Notes: generated by a model from the sequence alone, not told the origin. A stretch of DNA of 64,000 nt from a virus (IMGVR_UViG_3300043447_000710:88641-152640); one strand, 5' to 3'. Positions 11,474 through 20,556 are shown, counted from the stretch's first letter. Numbers and translations are program-made.

Positions 11474-12445
11474 TTACTCTTTGTAATTAAGTTGTCTAAA
11501 AACCCTTGAATTTTCATTAAAGTCTTTAATTTCAGCAGCTAAGCTTAATAAAGAAATCGGATCGTCGCAACTAGAAAGATAGTTAGTAAACTCAAAACTT
11601 TTTAAGTTTTTATCGATAAAGGAACGTTCCTGAACCGGCTCTACTTCAAGATTTGTTTGTGTAATCCAACAGACTTTTCGTACTGTTTGCTTGAAATAAA
11701 GATAAGCCTCAACTTCGTCTACAGGTTGCCCAATCTTTTTACCTTTAGTAATAACATTTAGAAAAGATATGCCGTTATCGACGACAAAATCTGCAAAAGA
11801 TTTAGTTAAGTTAGTTCTAACGCAAAAGCCTGTAGTGCTTTGATTAAAAGCTGCCAATATTCCTAATTTGCTGTAGAAGTAAACGTTATCAACTAAATGA
11901 ATTGCCCCTTCTACTTCTAAAAGATCGTTTAGAAAATCATGTGAAAAGCCATCATCTACAAACTCAAAGCCGTAAATTGCTAAAGTTGTTGCATAGCCAT
12001 AGCGCACACACTTAAATACTTTGGCTTCTAGATCTAACTTTAAACTTCCAATTATTGCGGTGGACTTAGACAACGCTAGTCTATGCAAGACGTTTAATAG
12101 ATATTGAAGCTGTGAAGTTTCATTTGGTTCGAACTTATCCCAATAAGTAGCTTCGTAAAATAAGAAACATTCGTTGCTATATTCAGAAATATTGACAATA
12201 CTTTTTATTTCATCACATACCGCTCCTAAGCAATAAGGAGAGATTTCTTTTAAGTTAATACCTTCTAAATCGAAAGTATCTAAACACAATCCAAACCCTT
12301 TTAAGTAGCTTTCTAAAGCTTCAATTTGAAACTTCGGTAACTTACTTAAATACGTGAATTTAACTATCCCATTTCTGCAAGTAACTACATGCGGTAAAGC
12401 TAGCTCTTTTAAAGAACCTACAAACAGTTGTCTTAATAATTCCAA
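11474..12445 (-). CDS. Hypothetical protein
   Basis: 323-aa ORF with no recognised motif. Confidence 0.6.
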   Translation of the reverse strand: MELLRQLFVGSLKELALPHVVTCRNGIVKFTYLSKLPKFQIEALESYLKGFGLCLDTFDLEGINLKEISPYCLGAVCDEIKSIVNISEYSNECFLFYEATYWDKFEPNETSQLQYLLNVLHRLALSKSTAIIGSLKLDLEAKVFKCVRYGYATTLAIYGFEFVDDGFSHDFLNDLLEVEGAIHLVDNVYFYSKLGILAAFNQSTTGFCVRTNLTKSFADFVVDNGISFLNVITKGKKIGQPVDEVEAYLYFKQTVRKVCWITQTNLEVEPVQERSFIDKNLKSFEFTNYLSSCDDPISLLSLAAEIKDFNENSRVFRQLNYKE

Positions 12446-12494
12446 TTAACTTCTCCTAAGTAGTTTTGCTATCAATTTACGGATGAGAATTTTC

Positions 12495-13643
12495 TTACTC
12501 GTATAGAGAGTATTCGTTTAGATCCTTGTTTTTAAGCTGACTGTTAAAGAAGTTAATTTCTGCCCAGATAGCTGTCATTTCTGTAAGGTTAAAGTAGGAA
12601 TCATACGCTGCTGCTAAAACATCGCGAAAGTAAAACTGCGGTCTCTGTTGCCAACTGGGTGCTTTTACTTTGGTTGAGATGCGCTTTAGACTAAAAGTCG
12701 TAAAAGCTTTAAAGGAACACAGCAAACCTCTATTTCTGTATCGTGCCAGCCAGCTCGCAGCTCGAAATTCTACTTCATTGCCAGAAAAATGAGTTTTAGA
12801 TAGAGCTAAGGTTAGTAGATCGTCGATAACATAACGTTCCGACTGTAACAAGCTTGGGTGATAAACCCAACAATCTATAGCGTCTACTTCAAAAGCGAGT
12901 TTTTCTAGATCTGTTTTACTCGCAGTTTTGAAGTTTTTGCGGGCGACGATTGCAAAGTCTGTAAACACATACATGTAGCCATCATACAAAAACGTTCCTA
13001 TAGGCGTTAAAGCTAAGTTGTTATAATTTACAAAATCTCTATCGCTGGTAAGAACTGACGCAAAGTCCTGTGCGTGCAAGCTCAAGTGTTTGCTTCTACT
13101 GTCCAAAAACTCCAGACATTCGTAACCTAACGACATCCAAACTACACATCCGTGATGAGCTACGGTATTTCTAGGGCGCACTAAGCGCGTCAAATAAGTT
13201 AAGATGTGTCGAATTTTAAATTCGTGCTTTATCTGAAAGTCGTAATCTTTTGGAAATGACGTTTTGTCGTTTAGCCATTGGCGCTCTTCGTTAAGTTCAT
13301 CTAGATAACATTCAACGTCGCTGTTTGCATCTAACTCGGAGAGTGTCGCGCATATTCCGCCTAAGGTTGGTTCTAGTAAAAGCCCGCCTGTATTAGAGAC
13401 GATTTTCCATCCATCTACTTCAAACTTGAGAATCTTAGTGGATGGTTCTAAAGTCTTAAAGTTAGCCAGCAGCCATGATTTAAGACTGTTATGTCTGAAC
13501 GCTGGTAGCTCGGGGCTAGTATTTAGAGTATCTGTAGAAAATTCGTACTCTAGTTCGAAGGATTCACCCTCTATAAAACTTCTAAGACTGTGGATTACTA
13601 GACTTTTGTTTACGTCGTCGAAAAGGATTTGATTATTTAACAT
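12495..13643 (-). CDS. Hypothetical protein
   Basis: 382-aa ORF with no recognised motif. Confidence 0.65.
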   Translation of the reverse strand: MLNNQILFDDVNKSLVIHSLRSFIEGESFELEYEFSTDTLNTSPELPAFRHNSLKSWLLANFKTLEPSTKILKFEVDGWKIVSNTGGLLLEPTLGGICATLSELDANSDVECYLDELNEERQWLNDKTSFPKDYDFQIKHEFKIRHILTYLTRLVRPRNTVAHHGCVVWMSLGYECLEFLDSRSKHLSLHAQDFASVLTSDRDFVNYNNLALTPIGTFLYDGYMYVFTDFAIVARKNFKTASKTDLEKLAFEVDAIDCWVYHPSLLQSERYVIDDLLTLALSKTHFSGNEVEFRAASWLARYRNRGLLCSFKAFTTFSLKRISTKVKAPSWQQRPQFYFRDVLAAAYDSYFNLTEMTAIWAEINFFNSQLKNKDLNEYSLYE

Positions 13644-13654
13644 TTTATTTAACG
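13633..13654 (+). repeat. Candidate integrase arm-type sites, left pair (TTATTTAAC x2, 12-bp period)
   Basis: Direct repeats at 13633 and 13645, resembling the pair on the other side of the att core. Confidence 0.55.
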
Positions 13655-13711
13655 TAAAAGCTTTCGTGCCTGCAACGGTTTAACTGCAAGGGTTCTCAGA
13701 AATGAAGCGTC

Positions 13712-13756
13712 GGACTGAAAATCCTCGTGTCCGGAGTTCGAGTCTCCGTCCCGGCA
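13712..13756 (+). other. attP core: 3' half of tRNA-Phe(GAA)
   Basis: GGACTGAAAATCCTCGTGTCCGGAGTTCGAGTCTCCGTCCCGGCA gives the anticodon arm, T arm and 3' acceptor strand. There is no D arm or 5' acceptor strand. It lies immediately upstream of the integrase. Confidence 0.9.
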
Positions 13757-13869
13757 TCACGATTATAGTTAGATCTTAGAATTGCGTTAGGTTGCATTTA
13801 GCAGTTCGAGAAATCTACTTTTGCACGCTTCACGTATTTTACAAAAAATGTGAAAATCGTAAAGCAGAT

Positions 13870-13891
13870 TTAATTAACGGCTTAATTAACG
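13870..13891 (+). repeat. Candidate integrase arm-type sites, right pair (TTAATTAACG x2, 12-bp period)
   Basis: Perfect 10-bp direct repeats at 13870 and 13882. Confidence 0.6.
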
Positions 13892-15027
13892 TGGATTATA
13901 AGAGGATCGATAAAGAGCTGATCAAGATCAATCACGAACTGACCGCCAGAGGCTCCAAAATTAAACTAGAGCGGCTTAGAGACAGCCTTTGGGCTAGAGG
14001 AACGTTTCCGCCTAAACCTGGAGAGACTAAATCTAAGCAACGTAAAGTTTCATTAAGTATTTCAGCTCGTCTACACAACTTAGTAGACGCAAAGCAGCTA
14101 GCGTTAAAACTTTCCAACGATTTAGAGTTTGGAAAGTTTGTTTGGCCAGAATCACCAGTTAGTGATTTTGAGCCTACCGTTCCAGTACTAACAAAGGATT
14201 GGATTGAAAAGTTACGGCTGCGTTACTTTGAAACTAGAATCGAAAATGAAGACAATAGACTTAACTGGCTAAAAGATTACGGTTATATTTTGACAGAACT
14301 CCCAGCAGATAAACCTCTAACCTTAGAAATCTGCGAACGTACGATCTTAAATAACCATCCTGTAATCGAAGGTAGTTCCCCGAAACAACGCAACCGGATG
14401 GTGATGGCGTGCGGGCGGCTACTAAACCTAGCTCAGATCGACGCTAAAGATTTAAAAAGACTTAGAGTAGACGAACGCGATGCTCCGATTAAACTTAGCG
14501 AAATCCCAGACCTAACGCAAATCATTGAGTGCAAAGATCGAATACCGGTAAGATGGAAGTTTACTTACTCCCTGTGCGCTGCTTATGGCTTGCGGCCGCA
14601 TGAAGTTTGGTTGTGCGACTTTTCAGAGCTAAGCGTAGACCGGGCATTGATTGTAAATCCAACTAAGACTAATAGAACTAGATTTGTTTATCCATACCCG
14701 CCCGAACTGTTCGATCTATTCGATCTAGGGGCGACTCCAGCAATTCCGGAAAGTAACAGTAAATCTCGTAAAGGTCGCGCCGCATTAATTTCTCAAGTAC
14801 TTCGCAGAGCTAAATGCAACTTTACTCCTTACGATTTGCGCCATCAGTACGTATATCAAATGTGTAAAGCAAACGTACCAGTTGCCTATCAATGCGATAT
14901 GCTAGGACATTCTCCGGCAGTTCATCATAAACACTACAGGCTGTTTACAAGATCCCTAGACAGAGTAAGGGAAATTAGAGCTGCGATTCTCGAATCCAAT
15001 CAATCCGTTCCCATTCAAAGTAGTTAA
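13891..15027 (+). CDS. int: Tyrosine integrase (likely GTG start at 13891; ORF track starts at 13792)
   Basis: YGLRPHE (R), PTKT (K), PYDLRH, MLGHS, HHKHY (catalytic Y); adjacent to the tRNA fragment. Confidence 0.92.
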   Translation: MDYKRIDKELIKINHELTARGSKIKLERLRDSLWARGTFPPKPGETKSKQRKVSLSISARLHNLVDAKQLALKLSNDLEFGKFVWPESPVSDFEPTVPVLTKDWIEKLRLRYFETRIENEDNRLNWLKDYGYILTELPADKPLTLEICERTILNNHPVIEGSSPKQRNRMVMACGRLLNLAQIDAKDLKRLRVDERDAPIKLSEIPDLTQIIECKDRIPVRWKFTYSLCAAYGLRPHEVWLCDFSELSVDRALIVNPTKTNRTRFVYPYPPELFDLFDLGATPAIPESNSKSRKGRAALISQVLRRAKCNFTPYDLRHQYVYQMCKANVPVAYQCDMLGHSPAVHHKHYRLFTRSLDRVREIRAAILESNQSVPIQSS

Positions 15028-15268
15028 TGTAATACCGGCTGTTAACTATTTTATAGTGAACGTTTTCTATCAAGGGTGAGTACTCACCGTTTAAATCTTT
15101 ATTTATAATTTCTCTAACTTTGTAGGCGCTCCAAACTCCCCCGCTTAGCTTAGCAACCTTAGCAGGGGACACCCATTCCAGATTCACATCTGCAGCTTCT
15201 AGCCTGCGTTCTAAACGTTTTAGTCTTTGCTCTAATTGTTGAACTCTTTCTTCTACTGATGAGAACAT
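14975..15268 (-). CDS. Putative excisionase / recombination directionality factor
   Basis: 97 aa: coiled coil followed by winged-HTH-like WVSPAKVAK...HY...RYYIN; overlaps the 3' end of int. Confidence 0.55.
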   Translation of the reverse strand: MFSSVEERVQQLEQRLKRLERRLEAADVNLEWVSPAKVAKLSGGVWSAYKVREIINKDLNGEYSPLIENVHYKIVNSRYYINYFEWERIDWIRESQL

Positions 15269-15286
15269 ATCACAAACCTTTAAAAA

Positions 15287-15364
15287 CTATCTCAGGGCTA
15301 TAAGGACTAAAGCTAAAGTTAAACCTACACTTACACCTATTAAAAGAGCACTTAAGCAAACCAT
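15287..15364 (-). CDS. 25-aa single-TM peptide MVCLSALLIGVSVGLTLALVLIALR
   Basis: Translated by hand; below the ORF-track length cutoff. Confidence 0.4.
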   Translation of the reverse strand: MVCLSALLIGVSVGLTLALVLIALR

Positions 15365-15388
15365 AAAATTTTAATTTAGATTTTATTG

Positions 15389-15432
15389 TTAATAGAAAGC
15401 TGGGTATTTAGATATACCCAGCTTTCTATTAA
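15389..15432. terminator. Long perfect hairpin, probable intrinsic terminator downstream of nrdA
   Basis: TTAATAGAAAGCTGGGTAT-ttagat-ATACCCAGCTTTCTATTAA. Confidence 0.75.
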
Positions 15433-15433
15433 G

Positions 15434-17161
15434 TTACTGACAGACTTTACACTCACTAGTACTGTAATCAACATTAGCTTGTGGCTTCAATGCATTTGCA
15501 GTCTTACAGTAGTACAGTGACTTCAAACCTAGCTTATAAGCTAACCAGTGATCTGCATGTACTTTAGCTGGGTCTGGCTCGTGATTGTAGAATAGATTTA
15601 GGCTTTGCCCTTGATCTATATATTCACCACGTTCGGCAGCTAACCGGACTAAAACTGACTGATCTAACTCGCGGGCGGTGCGAAACACTTTGCGTTCGCG
15701 TTCTGTAAGAAAGTCTAGGTGCTGAACGCTACCATTATGAGCAGCAATAGATCTCCAAATCAAATCGTTGTTTAATCCATGTGACTCTAGAACGGTTTCT
15801 AAGTATTTATTGTAATAACGAAAGTTGCCTTTTGCTCCGTCTACAAAACCAGCATAACTTTCATACGGTTCGATAGACCTCGATACCTCGCCACAGACAG
15901 CAGCATTAGTTAACGTCGGAGCTACGGCTAGTAGATGAGTGTTACGCCGTTGTACTTCTTCGCACCAGTCTGGAACTCCATAAACTCTACCGAGATCGAT
16001 ACTAGCTTTCGTAGCTTTTGCAGAGATACCTGAGAAGATTTCCTTGTTTAAGTTAAAAGCTTCCTCACTATCAAACGGAATCATCTTGGATTTGAGATAG
16101 CTGTCGAAGCCCATTACGCCTAGACCTAAAGCTCGCGAATTCTTAGCAAATGCTAACGCCTTTTCTAAGCCCACCATGCCTTCGGCGCGTTCGATAAACT
16201 CACTCATTACAGCATCGAGAAAGTAGACAGCTAATTCTACAGTATTAGTATCTTTCCAGTCATCGTATAAAGCAAGGTTGAGACTAGACAGACAGCAAAC
16301 AAGAGTGTATAGTTCGCTTGTAGCCAGCATTACTTCACTACAAAGATTACTGCCGTTTACTTGTAATCCCAATCTTTTATAACTAGGAGGGTTGTCGCGG
16401 TTAGCTGCGTCTTCAAACAACAGGTAAGGTTCGCCGGTTTCAACTCGGAGCTTCAAGATCTCCTGCCAGGTTTCTAAAGCTTGTGCGTCGCGAGCTTGTA
16501 ACTTATGTGCCCACTCCTCTGTAATTACAACAGCGTGATGGACCTTATTAAATCTACGTTCTGCTGAGATTTCCGGTTCTCGCATATGCAGAAAAGTTTT
16601 AATGTCTGGATGATCTACTTTCAAATAAGTAGCGATCGAACCGCGCCGCATCGAGTTCTGAGAAATCGAACTGATGCTAGAGTTAAGCATAGATAAAGGT
16701 AAAAGGATGCCGTTGGAAACGCCGCCTGATTTAATTTGGGCTCCTATTCCTCTAAGGTCTGACAAGTGGGAAGCGACTCCGCCGCCGCGCCAAGTTAGGT
16801 GTGCTTGCTCGTTAACGTGAGACAATATCGAAGGCATATCATCCTTACAAAACGCTGAATAACAAGAGATAGGTAATCCGCGCTCCGCCCCGAAATTGGA
16901 AAGCACTGGGGACGAAGGACCGAGCCAACCCTGCCATAAAATATTAAAAAACTCAGCTTCTAAATCAGCCCGCTCTAGATATTTGGCAGCAGCTTTAGCA
17001 AGTCTGAGGTATAAAGCTTTAGGTGTCTCGCCATCTAAAAGATAGCCGCGCTCTGCAGCAGAGCCGAGTAAGGTTCGATAACCTATAGGTGTCATCCAAA
17101 TAGGAGCCTCGGTACGTTCTTTTAAGGCTTGTAGTTCTGAGTCTGTTTGGTGAAAGAACAT
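15434..17161 (-). CDS. nrdA: Ribonucleotide reductase class I alpha subunit (no ATP cone)
   Basis: SPVLSN, GLPISC, GSNLCSE, CCLSSLNL, APT, DQGQSLN, GLKSLYY and a C-terminal CxxC. Confidence 0.97.
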   Translation of the reverse strand: MFFHQTDSELQALKERTEAPIWMTPIGYRTLLGSAAERGYLLDGETPKALYLRLAKAAAKYLERADLEAEFFNILWQGWLGPSSPVLSNFGAERGLPISCYSAFCKDDMPSILSHVNEQAHLTWRGGGVASHLSDLRGIGAQIKSGGVSNGILLPLSMLNSSISSISQNSMRRGSIATYLKVDHPDIKTFLHMREPEISAERRFNKVHHAVVITEEWAHKLQARDAQALETWQEILKLRVETGEPYLLFEDAANRDNPPSYKRLGLQVNGSNLCSEVMLATSELYTLVCCLSSLNLALYDDWKDTNTVELAVYFLDAVMSEFIERAEGMVGLEKALAFAKNSRALGLGVMGFDSYLKSKMIPFDSEEAFNLNKEIFSGISAKATKASIDLGRVYGVPDWCEEVQRRNTHLLAVAPTLTNAAVCGEVSRSIEPYESYAGFVDGAKGNFRYYNKYLETVLESHGLNNDLIWRSIAAHNGSVQHLDFLTERERKVFRTARELDQSVLVRLAAERGEYIDQGQSLNLFYNHEPDPAKVHADHWLAYKLGLKSLYYCKTANALKPQANVDYSTSECKVCQ

Positions 17162-17164
17162 AAT

Positions 17165-18130
17165 TTAAAATTGGAAGGAATCTACATTGGGGTTAAACCG
17201 ACCTTTGGTGTAGGTAGTCGGCGTACGCGCGAACGTATCTGTAATTGGAGATACGATGTTAACTAAATCGAACCAAGTAGCAATTCGGTCGCTTGCTTCT
17301 AGATCGAAGGCGATCTTTTCTTTTGAGCCGAGTCTTTCAAGCATAAAGTTAGCGCGGCGCTTGATAAATTCTTTAAGGTCTCCAGCATTTAGGTCTGGTA
17401 AGGTTCGCCCATTAAGAACGCTGTCGATAAAAGCCGACTCTAAGTCGATCGCTGTTAAGGCCGCTTGATGGATTTGGGAACGTAGAATAGACGTATCTAG
17501 CTGAGGACTGTCTAGCATTAACGTTTTAAACAACCAGCAGCCAGCTTGAGAATGTAAATCCTCATCTCGACAACCGTACTCTACAACTGAAGTCACTCCA
17601 GGCAATAGGCTTTGTAGTTTTAGCCATTGAATGATAGCGAACGAGGAAAACAGAGTTACACCTTCTGTAATTCCAGAAAAGATAGCAAGGCTAATAGCTA
17701 TTTCTTCTGCGGTGTCCTCTTTAGCATTACGCAGAAACTCGATCTTAGCTAAAGCCGTGGAGTCTTTTTTAAATGACGTATACGTATCTAGTCCTAAAAC
17801 TGTGGACAGTTGATTGTAAGAAAGAGCGTGAACTCCTTCCATGTCTCCTAGTCGCCGCGCCATCAAACAGATCTCCGGATGCGGAAACCACCTTGGAATG
17901 TTGCCAGACCAGTATTCTCCAACAACGTGTTCTGTCTGTACGAACCCACGCAGAACGCCGCTGATGACGTCTTTAACTGTAGGATCGATAGACTGCCATT
18001 GGACGACGTCCTTATCAAAATTAATGTCCGATAACTCCCAGCGGGCGGCTGTTTGTTTCTCGTAATATTCCATCGCCTGCGGATAACAATAGGGCGTGAG
18101 ATTATCGCGCCCTTGAAAAAGACTGACCAT
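17165..18130 (-). CDS. nrdB: Ribonucleotide reductase class I beta subunit
   Basis: Ferritin-like ligands QTE, EGVH..SY, EG..LFSSF, RDEDLH. Confidence 0.96.
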   Translation of the reverse strand: MVSLFQGRDNLTPYCYPQAMEYYEKQTAARWELSDINFDKDVVQWQSIDPTVKDVISGVLRGFVQTEHVVGEYWSGNIPRWFPHPEICLMARRLGDMEGVHALSYNQLSTVLGLDTYTSFKKDSTALAKIEFLRNAKEDTAEEIAISLAIFSGITEGVTLFSSFAIIQWLKLQSLLPGVTSVVEYGCRDEDLHSQAGCWLFKTLMLDSPQLDTSILRSQIHQAALTAIDLESAFIDSVLNGRTLPDLNAGDLKEFIKRRANFMLERLGSKEKIAFDLEASDRIATWFDLVNIVSPITDTFARTPTTYTKGRFNPNVDSFQF

Positions 18131-18144
18131 TAGATTTTGCTACA

Positions 18145-18870
18145 CTATTCAGTGAATTCTCTACTATCAAAGGCACTCAGGGCTTTAACTGCTACTGCAG
18201 TTGGATCTCCAAAGTCCTTGAGCAATCGTAAAACTTCTTGCTGTTGGTCTGGCGTGCAAACGCTTAAAATTACTTGTTTGACTGCCTCTTGAAATCGGCG
18301 GCGCTCGAATAATTCTCCTAGCTTAATTTGTAAATCTGCAGCTAGTTTGATCGTTTGTCTTAGTTCGGAGATATACTTGCTATGATTTTCTTGCTGCTTG
18401 GGATCTGTAGAATATTGCAGCCTTCCTAACTGCGAGTTAATCTGAGCCAGTAGCTTTTCTAATTGCGTAGATGTATCGAATACGGAAGTAGTTCTAACTT
18501 TTACCCGTTCTCCATAGCTAGAGCTTTGATACTTTTCGATGAAAGCTCTAATTGTAGAAGCGTTAATGCTAATTCCGCGTTCTTTAAAACGTTGAGAAAT
18601 TTCCGTAGCTCCTAATTTATTACTAGCTAAAGCTAGTACTTCTTTACTCAAGCCTAGCTTTTCAACCGATCCTCTGGCCGCATAAATGTCTAGTTCTCCA
18701 GCGACTGCGGGTAAAAGTGCAGAGCTATCGAATAGCACGAGGGCGCCTTTAAGTTTAGCAATTGAAATTTCTAATTCTTGGGCGGCATCTTTAGAAAGCG
18801 TTGCTTGCAGAGAAGTAAGCGCTGTGGCAACAGAATCTAATTGTTCGTATATTGTAATCTCTCGTGCCAT
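18145..18870 (-). CDS. HTH plus coiled-coil protein, possibly terminase small subunit-like
   Basis: ATEISQRFKERGISINASTIRAFI looks like an HTH and is followed by coiled coils. Confidence 0.4.
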   Translation of the reverse strand: MAREITIYEQLDSVATALTSLQATLSKDAAQELEISIAKLKGALVLFDSSALLPAVAGELDIYAARGSVEKLGLSKEVLALASNKLGATEISQRFKERGISINASTIRAFIEKYQSSSYGERVKVRTTSVFDTSTQLEKLLAQINSQLGRLQYSTDPKQQENHSKYISELRQTIKLAADLQIKLGELFERRRFQEAVKQVILSVCTPDQQQEVLRLLKDFGDPTAVAVKALSAFDSREFTE

Positions 18871-19475
18871 CAGTTATCGATCCTGTAAAACTTTTGAATC
18901 GTATCTGTTTCTAAGTCTGGGTGCAGCAATAACGTAAGAATGGCACTAAGCTGTAGGTCGCATCTGCGTTTGAGAGCGCTCTCTGACGAGTTAAATACGT
19001 ACGATGTTCGATCTAACCTGCGCGCTTGGAGGACGCGAGCGTAAAACACATGATAGTCTAAATCATCAAGTCTTCGAAGTTTGGTAAGTTGTGCGCGTAC
19101 TTCTTGGTAGCTAAACTTTCTGCCGTTCGGGTGTTGCCACGGCTGCTCCAACGGAAAGTCTAACTGTAAGTAAGTAAACAAAGACTGCCGGATTACATCT
19201 CGATGATTGTCGATGTGAATTCTAACATCTCGTTTTGGCGGCACTGGAACTTTGGGTGCAGAAAGCAAGCTGTTATAAATCTTAGAAGCTTCAAAGTTAA
19301 GTCCTTCTTCTGAAAGTACTAATTTACCGATTCTTGGAAGTTCGATCTCGCCGTATTGCTGTAACGCTCCGACAATAGCGCATCCCAACTCTTTAATAAT
19401 TCGACGAGTTTCGGGTTCGCTTGTATTAAAGTGCAAGGCGATATGATCGAACACCAATTGTAAAGGTGCTGCCAT
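18870..19475 (-). CDS. HU/IHF-like N-terminal domain fused to a sigma-region-4-like HTH
   Basis: ETRRIIKELGCAIVGALQQYGEIELPRIGKL matches the HU pattern. C-terminal LDDLDYHVFYARVL...SESALKRR resembles sigma region 4. Confidence 0.55.
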   Translation of the reverse strand: MAAPLQLVFDHIALHFNTSEPETRRIIKELGCAIVGALQQYGEIELPRIGKLVLSEEGLNFEASKIYNSLLSAPKVPVPPKRDVRIHIDNHRDVIRQSLFTYLQLDFPLEQPWQHPNGRKFSYQEVRAQLTKLRRLDDLDYHVFYARVLQARRLDRTSYVFNSSESALKRRCDLQLSAILTLLLHPDLETDTIQKFYRIDN

Positions 19476-19485
19476 GATTTAAAAT

Positions 19486-20556
19486 TCAGAGATTGAGGGA
19501 AAGTGGATCGAAGTGAGGCCAGCAGGTTGGGACTAGCTTACAAACTCTGACATCTTTACCAAACTTACGCGCGCAATTACTGTGATAAATATTAGTAGGC
19601 GGCTGCCGATGCCATTGTCTGTTAGGTTGGCAGATTTCTATTGCTAGTCCGCAATAATAATCATATATCTCTTTTGATAAATTGCGGTCTAAAGATACAG
19701 AAATTATTTGTTGTGTGGGCAAACTATTAATGCCGATAGTGTCCGCCCACACGCCAGTAGTTAAATAGTAAAGATAAGCGTAGATGTTGAGTTGCTCGTG
19801 GTGCATTACTAAGGCTTCAGTCGGTAAAGCTTTAGAAGTTTTATGATCGATTAGATGCAAACCATCCTCGTCCGTGTAAATCCAATCGATAAACCCGCGC
19901 CAGATAACGTCAGGAGCTGCTTCAATTCGTTCTACACTAAGATCGTACTCGATAGCTACAGTGTTAGCGTTCGATGCTGGAGTAAAATTCAAGCCAAAAT
20001 GTAAACCTCTAGCGGCAGCGCTAGTCAGTTTAACATCGCTAGTAAAGTCAGGATCTAGGCGCCCAGCAGTAACATCTATACACGAACGCAACGAGTCGAT
20101 CTTAAGTTTGTCTAGCTCCATCCGAAAACTGATAGACGGATAGTTTAAGGGGTCTGCTAATAGATCGCCACTCTTAGATCTAATCGTGTCTTCATAAGAA
20201 TACCAGCTAGCACATCTATCTAATAGACTAGAAATTTGACTAGCGCAGTCGTACAAAGATTGCAGGTCGATACCTACGCCCAAATCCATCTCTGAGTAGC
20301 TTTCAGAAACAGCCAATTTACAATCATCTTTCAGCCAAGTAGACAAGACATTTAAGGTTTCTGCCTGGTCTAAATCTCTTTGAATCTCTAGTCTGCGTTC
20401 GATCAGTAAGTGGGCAAGAGAGCCTTGAAGGAGAGGCTCCTGCTTGGCAGAGGCAGTTATTGCTGGGTCTTTTAGTACGTACTTATGATAGAACAGTCGG
20501 GGGCATTTAAGATAATCTTCAAAACGACTGAAAGAGACTGAAGTAATTGGTTGCAA
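19486..20556 (-). CDS. PD-(D/E)XK exonuclease, RecB/AddB/Cas4-like
   Basis: SFSRFEDYLKCP, G..AH, GFIDWI, IDHKT, QL.IY and a C-terminal Cys cluster. Confidence 0.88.
   Translation of the reverse strand: MQPITSVSFSRFEDYLKCPRLFYHKYVLKDPAITASAKQEPLLQGSLAHLLIERRLEIQRDLDQAETLNVLSTWLKDDCKLAVSESYSEMDLGVGIDLQSLYDCASQISSLLDRCASWYSYEDTIRSKSGDLLADPLNYPSISFRMELDKLKIDSLRSCIDVTAGRLDPDFTSDVKLTSAAARGLHFGLNFTPASNANTVAIEYDLSVERIEAAPDVIWRGFIDWIYTDEDGLHLIDHKTSKALPTEALVMHHEQLNIYAYLYYLTTGVWADTIGINSLPTQQIISVSLDRNLSKEIYDYYCGLAIEICQPNRQWHRQPPTNIYHSNCARKFGKDVRVCKLVPTCWPHFDPLSLNL

Noticed and set aside
13681-13760. Complete tRNA-Phe gene
   Set aside because: No D arm or 5' acceptor strand upstream. Only the 3' 45 nt are present, which fits attP.
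19486-20556. CRISPR-Cas system (Cas4-like gene, TnpBs as Cas12)
   Set aside because: No repeat-spacer array or cas1/cas2 found. The TnpBs have IS ends.
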